64,000 bases of DNA from NCBI RefSeq assembly GCF_006345805.1, contig NC_043015.1, positions 37,138,001 to 37,202,000 of the forward strand, written 5' to 3'. Made by a program: the position numbers and the translations under genes. Position 1 is the first letter of the stretch. Each line of letters begins with the position of its first letter. Shown in pieces: positions 13,650 to 28,453 of this stretch. Under the pieces are notes generated by a model. It made no database searches. It was given only the letters and a program-made list of their open reading frames with translations, and was not told the origin of the DNA. The DNA is from Octopus sinensis (taxonomy: Eukaryota).

Positions 13650-14762
13650 CATGCGTCTGTATATTGTAAATATGTTTGTATATGTATATATATAGATGCA
13701 CAAACACACACACACATACTTTATATGTATTTGTATATGCATATAAATACCAATCTAGGCATACTCACATTCATATGTGAACACATACACGTAAATTGTA
13801 TACATGTGCATACGCTGTTATTAGTATGTGTATATATGTGTATGTATACATGTGTATGTATATATGTATATATATATATATATATATATACTACATACCT
13901 ATATATACATATATATATATATATATATACATGTGTGTGTATACATACATATTTGTGTGTGTGTGTGTGTGTATGTGTACGTATGTATGTATAATGTGAG
14001 AGAAAGAGGCGTGTACTTAAATGCGTATAGCGAAAGTATTAGAGACCGATTTGGTTTGCTCTCCAGTACCCCGCTAGCCAATATAACCAAACAGACAAAC
14101 AGACAGGCCGACGTACATCGCGACTGACATATCACATGGAGATAACTACATGTTATGCTGTGATGTACGCAGTATAGATACTCAGTTTCCCGTGAATACA
14201 TAATTATGTATGATTCTGTCAAAAAATCGGCACCTGATCACAGTTGAACGCTTTTGCAGAGAATTACAGGTTTCCTTCTGCAAATCCTCTCATTTAACAC
14301 CGAAAAAAAGGGACTTCTATTAGCATATTAAGAAAGCATAAATTTCCAAATTTTTTGGTATTTTTTGTAATGTATCTAAAATATATTTCCATAGCAATCT
14401 GGCAATCCGTATTGTGATTACATTAGGTAACAGAATACGTTTCCAGAACATCCGTATCGTGCTCACCGTGCATTTTAAATGCAATAATTGTTGTATTGTC
14501 ATGAAGAATGACGAAAAAGAATGGTAAGGCTGTAATTCATCGATTCTGTCTTTGATTTGCTTAGATTTTCTTATTATTTTTTCTTCAATTTTTCTTAGTC
14601 ATTTTCGTGTTTCTTGTACAGGAACAAGTGATAGAGATTATAGACTTTTTTTCCTCTACGTGATAAACTACATATTGCCTTATTTCTTATTCCTTACTTC
14701 GGTTAGAATCTATATATATATGTGTGTGTGTGTTTTTGTGTATATATATATATATATTATAT

Positions 14763-14818
<56 letters not shown>

Positions 14819-14841
14819 CATATATATATTTATATGTATAC

Positions 14842-14872
<31 letters not shown>

Positions 14873-15333
14873 CAATATATATATACATATATACACACAT
14901 GTATAGATATATATATATATATATACATGCATACACACATGTATATATATATACATATGTGTGTGTCGTGTGTTTTTATCTATGTATATAGATATACAGG
15001 CACATTGTAAGTTTGCAAACGCGTTGCATCACAATGCTCTCAGTTGATACGGAACGGATCGTATTTTTTTTTTCCAAAACTGCTTCAATATAAGTAAATC
15101 GTCGTTTTTTATGTCACATCAACTTTTTTTCTTTCGTTATTTATATCTCTGTGGACTCATTTTCTTCTTTGATTTTGTCTTTTCATTCATATCAATCCTG
15201 TTTTCCTTCCTCTTCCGTCATTTTTTCTTTTTCATTTTCATTGCACAAATTTCCCCGCGATTCTTTGATATTCTGTTTAAGTTCTTCATAAGGCTCACGT
15301 TCCTGGAACTACTTATATATTCAGGAACACACC

Positions 15334-15400
<67 letters not shown>

Positions 15401-16731
15401 ATATATATTTCATCAGTTTTTGGTAAGTTTCAATACTCCCCCACCAAGCCTTGTTTTTTTGTGTATGTATTATACTCAGTAAAAGAAGTATAAAGCAAGA
15501 ATGACAAAAAATAAAAAGAAAGGAAAATGAATGCGTATATATATAATAGGAGGAAATTCTTTCATGATGACATGTGTAATTTTATCATTACCTCTCATCA
15601 AGTTATCCAACATAATTTTATATATATATAAAAAAAAGGATTTTGTAAGATTCCAAGAACTATGATATTCCACCATTTTATACAACATATTCAATTAGAG
15701 AAAAGACTGGTTATTTCTCAGAAAATGTCTTGGGACTTGCACAAACCAATTTTTAAAATTTTTTCTCAGCCGAATAAAATTATTGAAGATTATAATACAA
15801 AAAACGATACTCGTATGAACAAAGAATGTTTTTGCCTTTTCTTGTCATTTTTAGTGTATCACTTTTCTTTAATTTTTTCTTTTCTTTTTTGGTTCCAATG
15901 GACGTATAATCTTGCTGGCCATGGCACCGAAGAATTTTCCTCTGTACATGACAGGAAATTAAGAATTTTCATTTGGTTTTCTTTTTTACCTCCAATTCCA
16001 TTGTGATATTTTAACCCGGGTCCTTCTCTAGTAAGACCAATTTGCCGTTTGCCTTATCTATCTATCTTTTTCTATATATATATAAATACAGAGAGAGATG
16101 GAGAGAGATATGTGAGTATAAACACACACATATATATTGATATACACCCTACATATACACACAGATATATACGCACACACAATCACACATACACATATAT
16201 GTATATATGCCTACATGCGGGTATGTTGTATACTACACTAATTTGTAATGTGTATATCATTATAACATAAAGTGTCTTTGTATTCTGAAAGACTATTACT
16301 ACGCGTCCTTCAAAACCAGAAACCCGAAGAACATTTTAAACTCTGCAAATGTAATCGTCCTATTGATATCATCAAACCATTTGTATTGGTCTGTTAGGAA
16401 AGATGAGTTACAAATTGATCGATCCGTCTCTTAGTGTAAATGGCGTATGACATTTCTTTAGATGCTAAAGTTTATAGGGATGTCAACATCCTGTCATGGA
16501 GTAAACTGCACCACACACATTTATACACACACACATATATATATATATATAAGTGTGTCTGTGTATGTTTGTGTGTAATTATGTTTATATACTTATATAT
16601 CTATAAAGAGGTAGATATATATATATATATATATATAGATAGATAGATAGATATAATTATACGAATGTACGAATTTGCGTGTGTTTGTGTATATATATAT
16701 TATTATATATATATACGTGCGTGTATGTGTA

Positions 16732-16767
<36 letters not shown>

Positions 16768-16936
16768 TATTCATTTCTGCGATATATTTATTTTAGACGA
16801 AACATCTGTTAATTCCAGGACGCTTTTGCTTATATGCAGTCATATTTAATAGGCCAGAAAACCGATAGGGTTTATTATTATCATTATTATTATTGTTGTT
16901 GTTGTTGTTGTTGTTGTTGTTATTATTATTATTATA

Positions 16937-17025
<89 letters not shown>

Positions 17026-17450
17026 TGCACAGAGTGAGTCACGATTTTAAGGTTTCGGTTGACATAGAAGTGTGGATGGATTTATTTTCACAGGCACATT
17101 GTCGAATCTAGAATATGATATAATTAAGCGTGACATCACTCCACCTTCTGAAAAGGCATTATATTATATAAACATTATATCGTTCACCGAAAAAACATAG
17201 ACTTCACGTCGGGTGACTAAATATACTTATTAAAAACACTAAGAATGTTAAGCAGAGAAATAATAAGAAGAGTTAGTGAGAGATAGAGCGAACTCAGCGG
17301 GTACCTGCCAACACACGCCCCTCAAACTTTGTCTCTTTTCTAAAGGACAAGTGTGTGCGACTCACATATGCGTAAACCAAGTCTTCTTTCATACATTTCA
17401 AAAAAACTGAGAACTTATAGTGATGCAATTTGAATGTAGGTATACATAAC

Positions 17451-17498
<48 letters not shown>

Positions 17499-17599
17499 TT
17501 TGTGTAGTATGTATATATGTATATATGTGTAAATATGTATCCATTAATATATACATATATATGCACATACGTAAGAATATGTATATATATACAAATATA

Positions 17600-17950
17600 T
17601 GAGGAAGTGATGCTAAGCATTTAGCCCGGCGTGCTAACCATGTTGCCGGCTCGTCGCCTTAAATGGTCTCGTCTTAGTTGCTTTTAGTTATCTGTACGTT
17701 CTGTTTTTTTTTTTGCAGTTGTTCTATTTGTGCCTTGCTCCATTGCACTCATGTGGAAAAAATGAGTAGTACCTGTATTTCAAAGAGCCACTCTCTTCAC
17801 ACTTTGTGTCACGCTGAATCTCCTTGAGAACTACGATAAGGGTACTCGTGTCTGTGAAGTGCTCATCCACATGCACGTTAATTTCACGAACAAGCTATTC
17901 CGTTGATCGTATCAGCTGGGGCCCTCATCGTCGTAATCGACGGAGTGCTC
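17600..17950. mobile_element. SINE-derived sequence (fragments of probably two families)
   Basis: gctaagcatttagcccggcgtgctaac resembles the reverse complement of the SINE head at 26130. gtacctgtatttcaaag..gcacgttaatttcacga resembles a SINE body as recalled from memory, not verified by search. Confidence 0.5.
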
Positions 17951-18525
17951 CTTTTTTTAGTGGTTGGGTATGCTGTAGATTTATTTTCATGTGTAGTGAT
18001 TGGAGTGTAATGTTTTTACTTGTTCATAGAATCATTTTCTTGTCTGTGACGATTATGTTTTGCGGTATACATTGGATAGAGTGCTGGGTTTATTAAGGAT
18101 TGCCACGAATTTTGGGATTTAGGATACGTTCTTCTATTCATCCTTCCACTCTCAAATGTGGGTAGGGCGAGGATTATTTCTTTAGACTTTTTAAAAGATT
18201 TGCTGTTTGTGTAAGTCCTTAGGCCTTTTCAAGTCTTGTATTAAGCAATGTATTTTTCAATGTAAATATTTTGTATAATCCTTCTACAAATACGACACAC
18301 CTATTTACCTCTGTCCGGTAGGCTCTATCTGTACTGATTTTGTCCCGTTCTATAATATTGCTGTGTGTCCTGTCTTTAATTGGCCAGATTAGTTTGATGG
18401 TATTATTCATCTATTTTTCTAACGTTAAAAGGTTTGAAGTGATTCGGTAGCTTTCTATCGAAATTACCTCAGAAATGTAATCCGCTTCGATGATATATCT
18501 CCTTCCAAACCCATATATACATACA

Positions 18526-18577
<52 letters not shown>

Positions 18578-18649
18578 TACATATATATGTACATACAAAC
18601 ATACATACATACATACATACATACATACATACATACATACATACATACA

Positions 18650-18685
<36 letters not shown>

Positions 18686-20063
18686 TATATATATGTAGAA
18701 CTTTGAAAAGGAACACACGAGTTGATATATACGGGGAAAAAAGTCAAGGTAGAAAATGCTAAAGTATTTTTATAAAAAAACCTTTCAGTACCGGTTTCAG
18801 TCATTGAGATTTTTCCAAATGTAAGTATGGAAAACAATTAAAGTTTGGAAAAATTAAAAGAGTTTTGAAAATTAAAAATGTTTTGAAAAGAATATTTGCA
18901 TAGTGTTTAAATACAAGTGGCATTTTCCCTGTGCCAAACAAAAGATATTGAAACAAAAATTGCACCACGTCAGCACACAGAGCCACCAGAATCGCGAAAA
19001 TGCAAAGCAAAATGCCTAGCAGTATTTCCTCTGTCTTTATGGTCAGCGTTCGAATTCCGCCGAGGTTGACTTCGCCGTTCATCTGTTTTTGAGTTGATAA
19101 AATAACTTCTAGTTTAACAACGGGGTGGATATTATCAACAGAACCCTCACCTTGAGCCAAATTTTGAAATTATATTACATCATGCTATGGTTGAACATAT
19201 ATAGTTACATGGTCGTGAATTCGGAGTTGTGTTTGTCACGGTTGGTATTTATAAGTAAATATTTTACCACGTGATAACCTATTTATAGAATGTTTTCGTC
19301 AATTACAACTCTTCGTTTCGGTTTTGGAGGTTTAAACAGTTGTTTAGAACATGTGACAGTCACGATGTCCTCTTGGGCTGTTGTCATTTTGAATCTATTG
19401 AAAATTAAACAACACTTATTCAGCGGAATTTTCGCAGAATGCAGTGATAAGTTAATCACGGAAATCATAAGTAATTATATATTAAAGAATAGCTTTTAGG
19501 CATTTTTCATGTCTGGAAATATGCCTATAATTAATCAAAGTCAGTGAGAATGCAATCTAAATAGCGGTGTGATAGTTATTTGTCAAACAAATAATTATAA
19601 TAGAAATCAAATTTGAATATATATATATATGCGTGTGAGTGTGTTTGTGTGTGTGTGTGTTTGTGAGTGTATTTGTGTGTGTGTGTTTGTGAGTGTATTT
19701 GTGTGTGTGTTGGGGGGAGTTAAGGTTAATGAGCTGTATATGTATTAATTCACATGTGTTTATATGTGTTAGTTCATTTGCAATCCTGAAAAGAATCGTA
19801 AATTTAACGCAGTAAGTTTTAGCTTGATGATGCGTGGGTCGGAACTTACTGTGTTAATAGGCCTGGAATTTGCGTCTGCTTAGATTGAGCGACATATTCC
19901 CACTGATGGGAGCTCAAAAGTCATTTGTTTAAAGAGGCAATGCAAGTCAGCTGCGAGTCATTTAGTTTCTGCTAATGACGGATATGTATGAATTAATGGA
20001 CTACTTAGAATTAACGCCGTCAGCAGGACAATCATTCTTTTACAAGTGGTGACAAGGTATCAT

Positions 20064-20105
<42 letters not shown>

Positions 20106-20562
20106 ATATAAAAACATATATATGTGTGTGTGTGTGTGTGTGTGTCCGCCTGTGTGTCTGTGTCTGTGTCTGTATATGTGTCATTGTTCAATTTCATTCC
20201 AAGATTTCTTGCCAATTGAGAAAGAGCCGGTTTCTAACCTAGATGCAAGGTTCCATCGTTGGCATTTCAACATCAATAGAGTATTTTTGTTTCTATGTAT
20301 GTATGTATGTATGTATGTATGTATGTATGGATGTATATAAATGACCATTAAAATTTATTTGACAAAAATAGTGGATGCCAATACCGTACTTGGCTGAAAT
20401 GTTCAAAATGTTGAGTATGAAGGTTTGATGCTAAGGCTGTGAAATCTTGCATGCATTTATTTCAAATTCTTTTATTCAAGACTGCATTGTTTCTATCCAG
20501 CCAAACTGGTATCTAATTGTTCAAAGAAGTTTCAATGTACTTTGTTGTGACTTTTCTGGAAA

Positions 20563-20880
20563 ATGGACAAGTTTTTCATCGTGATGTTATCATGTACCTG
20601 CAGAAAAATGGTCTAGCACTTAACGATTGTCATGAAGACACGGTTACTACATTAGGGGATGACGCTTCAGCTTTATCAGCTGTGCAATGGTGAGCATCTG
20701 AATTTAGGAGGGGAATAGTGCGGTTTGAAGATGGCCAAATGTCTATACGGATGGATGACTGGCAATTGACTATAAATCAAACTGCCAAAGATATTAGTAT
20801 ATCATGTGAGAGGGACGAGAATATTCTGCACAATGAACATGGCACGATGAAAGTTTCTACAAGGTCGTGCGCTGTTTAAC
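20563..20880 (+). pseudogene. mariner transposase N-terminal fragment (highly degenerate)
   Basis: Translation resembles a mariner HTH region: MDKF..VIMYLQKNG..LGDDA..DWQLTINQTAKDISIS..ILHNEHG.MKVSTR. Confidence 0.65.
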
Positions 20881-21045
20881 TTGAGATGAGTTCACCATGT
20901 CATGCACATATGGTTGTGATGCAAGTACCTGGTGTACACTTATCAGACGGGTAGCCATGATGGGTAGATTGGGCTTCGTATAATTGTACCCCAGTGTCAC
21001 TATGGTGGCATGCACTGCTCTGTCACTCAATAATAATACTAATAC

Positions 21046-21096
<51 letters not shown>

Positions 21097-22892
21097 TGAT
21101 AATAATTTTAGTAATAAAACAGAAGATAGTTGTCGAAATATTGTATTGTAGGAACGAAACTGCCTGCCTATCGAGTAAAATTTATGTCGGTGTGTGTGTG
21201 TGTGTGTGTATGTAATCCTTTATGTATATAAACCTTTTGATTATATAAAATTTCCAATTCACTCCTGCCCCATTCTTAACATCTTTCTTATTTCGCTGTT
21301 ACCAAACACAAGCTCACCTTCGTTTCCAAGATATATCTGCATTGATAGAAACCTGTCGTGGATTAGCATCAAATGATAATATATTTCTTGTCTTAATCTA
21401 TATTCATTACGAGAGATTTGTGATGTTGAAAACATTTAGTAACTGATAATGTTCAAACAGCAGGACGGATTGCCAGCTATTTCATTATACGATCCTTTTT
21501 AAGTTCTCATTTCAAAAGCTATGATTGGACTCGCCTTTCATCATCTATAAAGTACCAGTCGCATACAGGGTTGATGTAATTCGCTATTTATTCTCCCAAA
21601 GAAAATCAATAGGATCGATCACCCGTTGCCAGAAAACTTTGATCACCGAAAGCGTATCAATATCAACTCACTCAATTTATCCGCATTAATGCGTCGATAA
21701 ATAACCGCTAATATTACGAATACTGATTCCTTTTATTTTTCTAATACCTAAAAGAATGTATTCTATAAAACGCTTTGAAACTTGCCATGAATCCGTCTCC
21801 ATTTATTTACAATATTCTAAGGCTTCTGGGAATAACATCCACATCAGACAAACTTATTTCATTCCTTTTCCTGATTGCCATTTTCTTCGATTTTGTATCA
21901 TCTTCATTTACTAATTTCTTCAGACTTTAATACAGACAAATGTAATTTCACATAGTTCTTGATTAATTACAAATTAATTATCTATTTAACGGCTAACTTG
22001 GGGCTTGTAAACTCGATATAACTTTGTTTCTTACGGGGTCTTAGTTAATTAGCGCGATGTCTTCGAAGTATATACGGAATGAAAACTTTATATAATAAGA
22101 GCTACACAGGAAAATTAACTTCTCTCGGCTAATCTGACACGTGGTCGATAATTTATTTTTCAGAATTGAATAAGGTAAAGAAATTCAAATAAAAGTTGTG
22201 GTTTACGAATAAAACGGGAAATGAAACATTTGAAAAGCTCTCAGACCCTCGTGTACATTATTGCCATGAGATATTTTACGTTGAAGCGATAGATTTGTCT
22301 TTTATTGCTTTATTTTGCCTTCAGGGCTTCACTTCTTCATAAAGTCGTACTGTTGCAGTTGACACACGCGGCGTATTATTGTCTGCTGGAGCTGATCTCT
22401 CTAGAGGTTTCATCATGGCGACATTATCTCAGAAAGACACAATGAACGTGAGAGAGGCAAAAAGAAAACGGCCAAAGTACAGAATTAGTACTTTATTTAT
22501 TCATCTCGATAAAAGAGAGTACAGACACTAGGCATTACTAGTTGTTCTGGTGCGTGGAGAGAACGAAAGTGCAATAAAGTGCCACGGTCAAGGACACACC
22601 GAGCCGCTAGCTACGGGAATCGAACTCTCTATTTTACGCGAGTTAAATTAAAAAGCTAACCCATAGGCTACCTTCTTTCGTGCATTTTTACACAAACCTT
22701 TATATCTAGCAAATTATTCCTCTCTTTTTCTCTCTCACCCACCCACAGACACACACACACCCATATATACATATATACATATACATATATATATATAATT
22801 GTAATATATATATATATATATATATATTAATATATAAACACGGGTCTGTATATATATATATATATTTGACTGTATGCTCAAGTATGCTTGTA

Positions 22893-22931
<39 letters not shown>

Positions 22932-24039
22932 TTCTAAAAAGGCGTCGCTGTAGGTACTAGCCCTGTTGGCAGTTTTAATTAGATTTCAATAGAATTTTTC
23001 CAAGTAATATAATAACGTTATTTGTTTAATGTTCTTGCTAGACAAATCTCCAACTGACACAACCACCACCACCGCCGCCATCATCACTCCAACTATCACC
23101 ACTCACAAAAATAACAGCTACACGCCATCCAATCAGGTAAACATGTTTTATTACTTAACGAGATATTCACGCCGAAACACGTGACACTTTTCTCCCGAAT
23201 TATTTTCTAATCAAGCAACGCAGCAGGAAGCTAACTATCATATCCACCAGCTGAATTAGACAATGCTTTTCATCAATATAAAGCCAAATTATTGAGGGAA
23301 TATAACGGCTTCCCACAGTTCCAATCAACCAGCATCCTATTTTTTGGAATTAATTTTATTCTTTCTTTCTTTCCATCATGATAATATCATCATTTGTGTT
23401 TTTTTTTTGCCGGCATTGTTTTTGCATGAAAATTGTTAGTTCTAGTTTTCTTTTTCAATTTGTTTGCTGCCTTCTCTGAGATAGTTGACATTACAATTTA
23501 TTCTTTATTTATGTATTTATTTCATTTTACAATTATTTATTGCAGAAACTGAAGGACGAAGAGAAAAAACAGTACACAACATGATTGAAGAAAGACTAAT
23601 CAATTCCTGAGATTTGATATTAAAATTATCTTCATCTTCTTCATCGCCTTTTTACCTCGTCGTCTTCTTCTGCGTGTAAGTTCGTTATTTATTTGATTTT
23701 CTCTCGAAGATCAGGTGATATTAAAAAAAGTATCATGCTGATATCCTCCTATATTATTCACTTTTAAATTCAAAATCCTAAAACAGAGAAGAAACACGCA
23801 CCTGAATAAGATTCCCCAGAACATATCACGCAGCTAGGGATATACATCAAATAACTTGCAGAATATTTTTTTCCTTTTATATTATCAAAATCGCGAACCT
23901 TAACAACACTGTTACGATCTTAACATCGTTCATCACTTTACAAATTAGTCCCTACAACAACTACTACATTGCACACAAACCTCGCACTAGGATTATATAA
24001 CAGTTCCTATCATATGTATATATATATATCTTATTTACA

Positions 24040-25308
24040 TATAAATGAGGGTTCCAACACCGATGACATATACCTTGATTTCAGCAAGGCCTTTGATAGA
24101 GTCGACAACAATATACTGTTAAAGAAACTACCCAACGCTGGAGTCGGTAGAAAGCTACTTCAATGGATTATGTGTATCCTAACATACAGGACCCAGGATG
24201 TTGTGGTTGATGGCATCTATTCAAGACCAGAAAAAATCGTCAGTGGAGTCCCACAGACTACTGTGCTGGGTCCACTTCTTTTTATTGTCTATATCAATGA
24301 CATTGCAGATCCCATTGAACATAGCACCATTAAAATAATTGCAGATGATTCTAAGCTCCAGAAAGTCATTAAGGGAGCTTATGATCAAACCATGCTTCAA
24401 TCGGATCTCTGAGCACTAACCCAGTGGACACAAAAAATGAATATGCAGTTGAACAAAGAAAAATCTGTGCTCATCCACTTTGGAAAAGGGGGCACACTCA
24501 AACAACCATATAGACTACCGTCGGGAGACCTACTTGAACCGTCGGTTAATATCAGGAACTTAGGTGTAACTGTCGACAGCAACCTTAGCTGGAGTGTGCA
24601 CATCAACAAAAAAGTTGATGTTGCCCGCAGAATGTTCTCATGGATCCTCAGAACTTTTCAATCCCGGGATCATGAAACCATCATCCCTCTCTTCTCCGCA
24701 TTTGCTAGGCCCCACCACGAATACTGCTGCACATTCAGGTCTCCTACAAAAAAAAGACAATGGAGATCGAAGCACCATAAATATCAATAACAAAAAAAAA
24801 TATATGGCATAATAGGACTTGATAATTGGGCTCAACATAAACAGCTGAAGCTCCATTCTCTGAAATACCGCCGTGAGAGATACGTTATTTGCACCATGTG
24901 GGACAGATTCCATCAATATTATCCACACGCTATCGGCATTATGTTTACAATTCACCCAAGACTAGGCTTCTGTGCAATGCGTCCCCTTCAAAGATCGAGA
25001 TCACGTCATATAAGAACATTGCGACACAATTTCTTCACTGCAAAAGTCATGTTCTTTTCAGTGATATCCTGAGTGAAATTAAAGTAGAAAAATACCCCAC
25101 AACTTTCAAACGTTACTTGGACAAATTCCTCCAGGAAATACCGGATAAACCACCTACACCTGGATACGTCTCAACTGACAACGATTCTCTGCTTGAGTGG
25201 GCCATAATATCACGAAATAACTAACTAAAAGACTTTCCTAGGTGTTGCTATTGAGTTTGTCATGGCATGGGCTGACAATGGCCGAATCCAATCTGAGATA
25301 TCTAAGTT
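24040..25308 (+). mobile_element. CR1/L2-group LINE, 5'-truncated RT and 3' end, with stops and frameshifts
   Basis: RT motifs YLDFSKAFDRV, SGVPQTTVLGPLLFIVYINDI and IADDSKL, followed by RNLGVTVDSNLSW..HI and EYCC in successive frames. Ends in a TA microsatellite. Confidence 0.92.
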
Positions 25309-25397
25309 GTATATATATATATATATCAATTTGTGTGTGTGTTATATATATATATATTCGCACACAATTCATATATATCATATATATATCTATATAT

Positions 25398-25477
<80 letters not shown>

Positions 25478-25480
<3 letters not shown>

Positions 25481-25650
25481 GAAAGTACAGCTTGGCACCA
25501 GTGACGTTGAATCTCATTTCTACGGGTGAGTGAACTGGATCAACGTGAAATAATGTGTCTTGCTCAAGAACAAAACAGTCCGGTCGGGGACTCGAACTCA
25601 CTATATTGTGATGGTGAGCCCGACGCTCGTACCACTGAGCTATGAGCGTA
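25478..25650 (-). mobile_element. tRNA-derived SINE, second family, 5' part
   Basis: Reverse strand has gctcagtggtacgagcgtcgggctc..gagttcgagtccccg (A and B boxes). Same family as 54620-54915 and 27215-27300. Confidence 0.75.
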
Positions 25651-26129
25651 CACGAAACTGACATAGGAACTAATAACTAATGATATATTTCCGCTACATA
25701 ACTCTACTAATTACACGCACACACACACATTCACACACACACATACACACACACATACACACACACATACACACGCGCGCTCGAGCACACACACGCACAC
25801 ACGCAAACACACACATTACACACGCACACACATATACATTCGTTAATTACTTAACTCCTGTTAAATGGTAGTGGGTCTCTTGGGAATGCCCTGTTTTTGC
25901 GTCTACGCGTGTATTAGAGCTTGTGGTGCCACATCTCTCTAGAGTCCAGAGTGCATACATTTATATTTGGAAGGAAGAGAAAAGATGTGTAATGAAATAA
26001 TAACTCCCAATACAGGAGAGATATTTTATTTGATCTTCGCCAAACAATGATGATACCAGGGATGTTATCGGTGTAAATGGTACTCAAAGATCTCAAAGAA
26101 GAGACCCGATGTCTCAAGGGGGCGAACTT

Positions 26130-26262
26130 CCAGTATCGTTAGCACGCCGGGCGAAATGTTAGCGTCATTTCGTCTGTCTTTACGTTATGAGTTCAAATTC
26201 CACCGAGGCTGACTTTTCCTTTCATCCTTTTCAAGGTTAGAATAAGTACACTTGCAAAAGAG
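26130..26262 (+). mobile_element. SINE fragment, third family (gagttcaaattcc.ccgagg..gacttt..ctttcatcc)
   Basis: The motif recurs at about 19040-19120 and 27810-27880, and in reverse at about 1430-1590 and 55830-55930. Confidence 0.65.
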
Positions 26263-28415
26263 GGCCGATAAAATCCACTTGCCACGTGCCCCAAATGCGT
26301 ACGCGTGTGTGTGTCTCTGTATGTGTGTGAGTCTGTGTGTGTGTGTATGTGTGTGTGTGTGCGTAGCAAGTTAGAGAAAAGGAAATCTATCTCGCCTTTT
26401 CACTAGGTCTTACTTTAGTTTCTCTTATATCGAAGAAATCTTATCAAGAACTTAAACTAATATGGTATTTAGTATATTTATTGTTTCTTCTCCTTTGTCA
26501 TTCAAACTCTAGCTGCTGGCCAGTCTGAAATAATTCTCTTTGGTGGCATTGTATGTCTATTCATATGTGTATGTGTGTATATCGGCGTGTATGTCTATGT
26601 ATGTCTGTGTTGGTATAGATGTCTGTATGTGTATGTTTCTACTCTGAGGCAACGTCTCTCAATTGTTTAATACATGGCGATATTGCAAATTTGCAAGCTT
26701 TCGTACTTGTATTTAGCAAACAGTCATTATTTCAACGATGTATGTGAATGATATGAGAAACACTTGCTGCTAGCATTTCTGAACTACATCAATTCCATAC
26801 ATGCCACTAAGTTTATACATCTAAGAGAGTAAAATAAATTTAACATTTACCAAACACTCGGCCGTTTCTTCAAGGCAAGAATACACGAATATGAAATTCG
26901 ACCAAGACTCGATGGCTGCTAAATAAACATTCTATAAACATATAGAAAGCAACATTTGCTTAAAACCGTTCTATAATGTTTATAATTCCTAATGAATATA
27001 GCGTCAACTAAAGTATGACGTCGAAATACAATTTAAAAGAGGCAGCGCCAACCTCTATGTTCAAACGGAAAATCCATTGTGTATGCAGGAAATGCATACA
27101 TCGTGTGTTGTGTCACTATTCTAACTTTGCAATCTGTCCTCAAATCATCACTCTAAAAACGAAATCAATGCAAGAACGCATAGTTTGCATTGCCATATGC
27201 AATAAATAGTGATTAGGACGTAGCACTCGTGATAGGAAGAGCGTGGTTTCGATTCTCGGACTCAGAGTGTGCTTTGTTCTTGAACGAAACATTTCATTTC
27301 ATTTTGTTCCACTACATTGAGCAGTAAATTAATTCTGCCAATGGCGAGATAGTTGTCCCTGTCGGAGCCAGAGTGAGTGTTGTAGTTGCATTCACTCATG
27401 CGTAATGGAGAACGGGTTAAACCCAGATCTCATGAGTGCTAGGGCTCATGACAGACCTATACTATACCATAAGCTATTTATTCCCTTCATGTCTTCACAA
27501 ACTCTTCATAATAAAAATGAGGCGATTCACTATTGGAAATGCATTGTCTCTGAATGCGATCGAATTTAGTGGGAGATGCTGATCAGCTGAACCACAATAA
27601 CGTAGAGAGGTCACCAACTTCCGGTCGCTCGGAGCCCATGTTTGGACCTTAGTATAGCAACCTTTAGAAGACGGTCAACTGCCAGAGTCGTTAACACGTC
27701 GGACAAAAGAATTATCGGCATTTCTTTGAGTTCAAATACCTCCCAGGTCAACATTGATTTTCCTCCTCTTGGGATAATTGTTTTTTCAAATAAATATTTT
27801 AAAAACCTAGTTACGTTCTGAGTTCAAATTCCACCGAGATTAATTTTGCCTTTCATCCTTTCGAGGGCGATAAAAATACATGTCTGTTGAACATTTTGGT
27901 TAACCTAATCGACAAATTCTCTCCCACTAAAATCGGCAACTTGGGGCAAACTTTGGAACCATTATTACTGCGACCCCTTTTGGTATCGTGATAACAGCAA
28001 TACACCGCTTTGATACAAACAATTATGGTTTCTGTTATGTTCTACCGAGTGTTGTTAAGAACTATCTACAAGAAAGAGAGAATTAAGAATGTCTTGTGTT
28101 TCTAAGGCTTCGTCAATATTGTTCCCATCGTCAAGCGAATCGTGAGCGAGAGAAAATTCTGCAGGAATGGAAGGAGAATATGTAACAGAACCGATATAAT
28201 GGAGTAAATTGTTTAGTTTTGGTTTTCTGCTGTATTTCCTCCTTTATTCTTATAATGGGAACGGAGATTAATCTTTAATCTAAAGATAGGAGCCATTCAA
28301 ATTGTATTTCCGTTCAGCTATCGACAATTCTAAAGAGAAGAATTTGGCCAATAGTCTGCAGAAAGAGACACAGCACTACGCCACACACATACGCATATAC
28401 ATTCATACTCTTACA

Positions 28416-28453
<38 letters not shown>

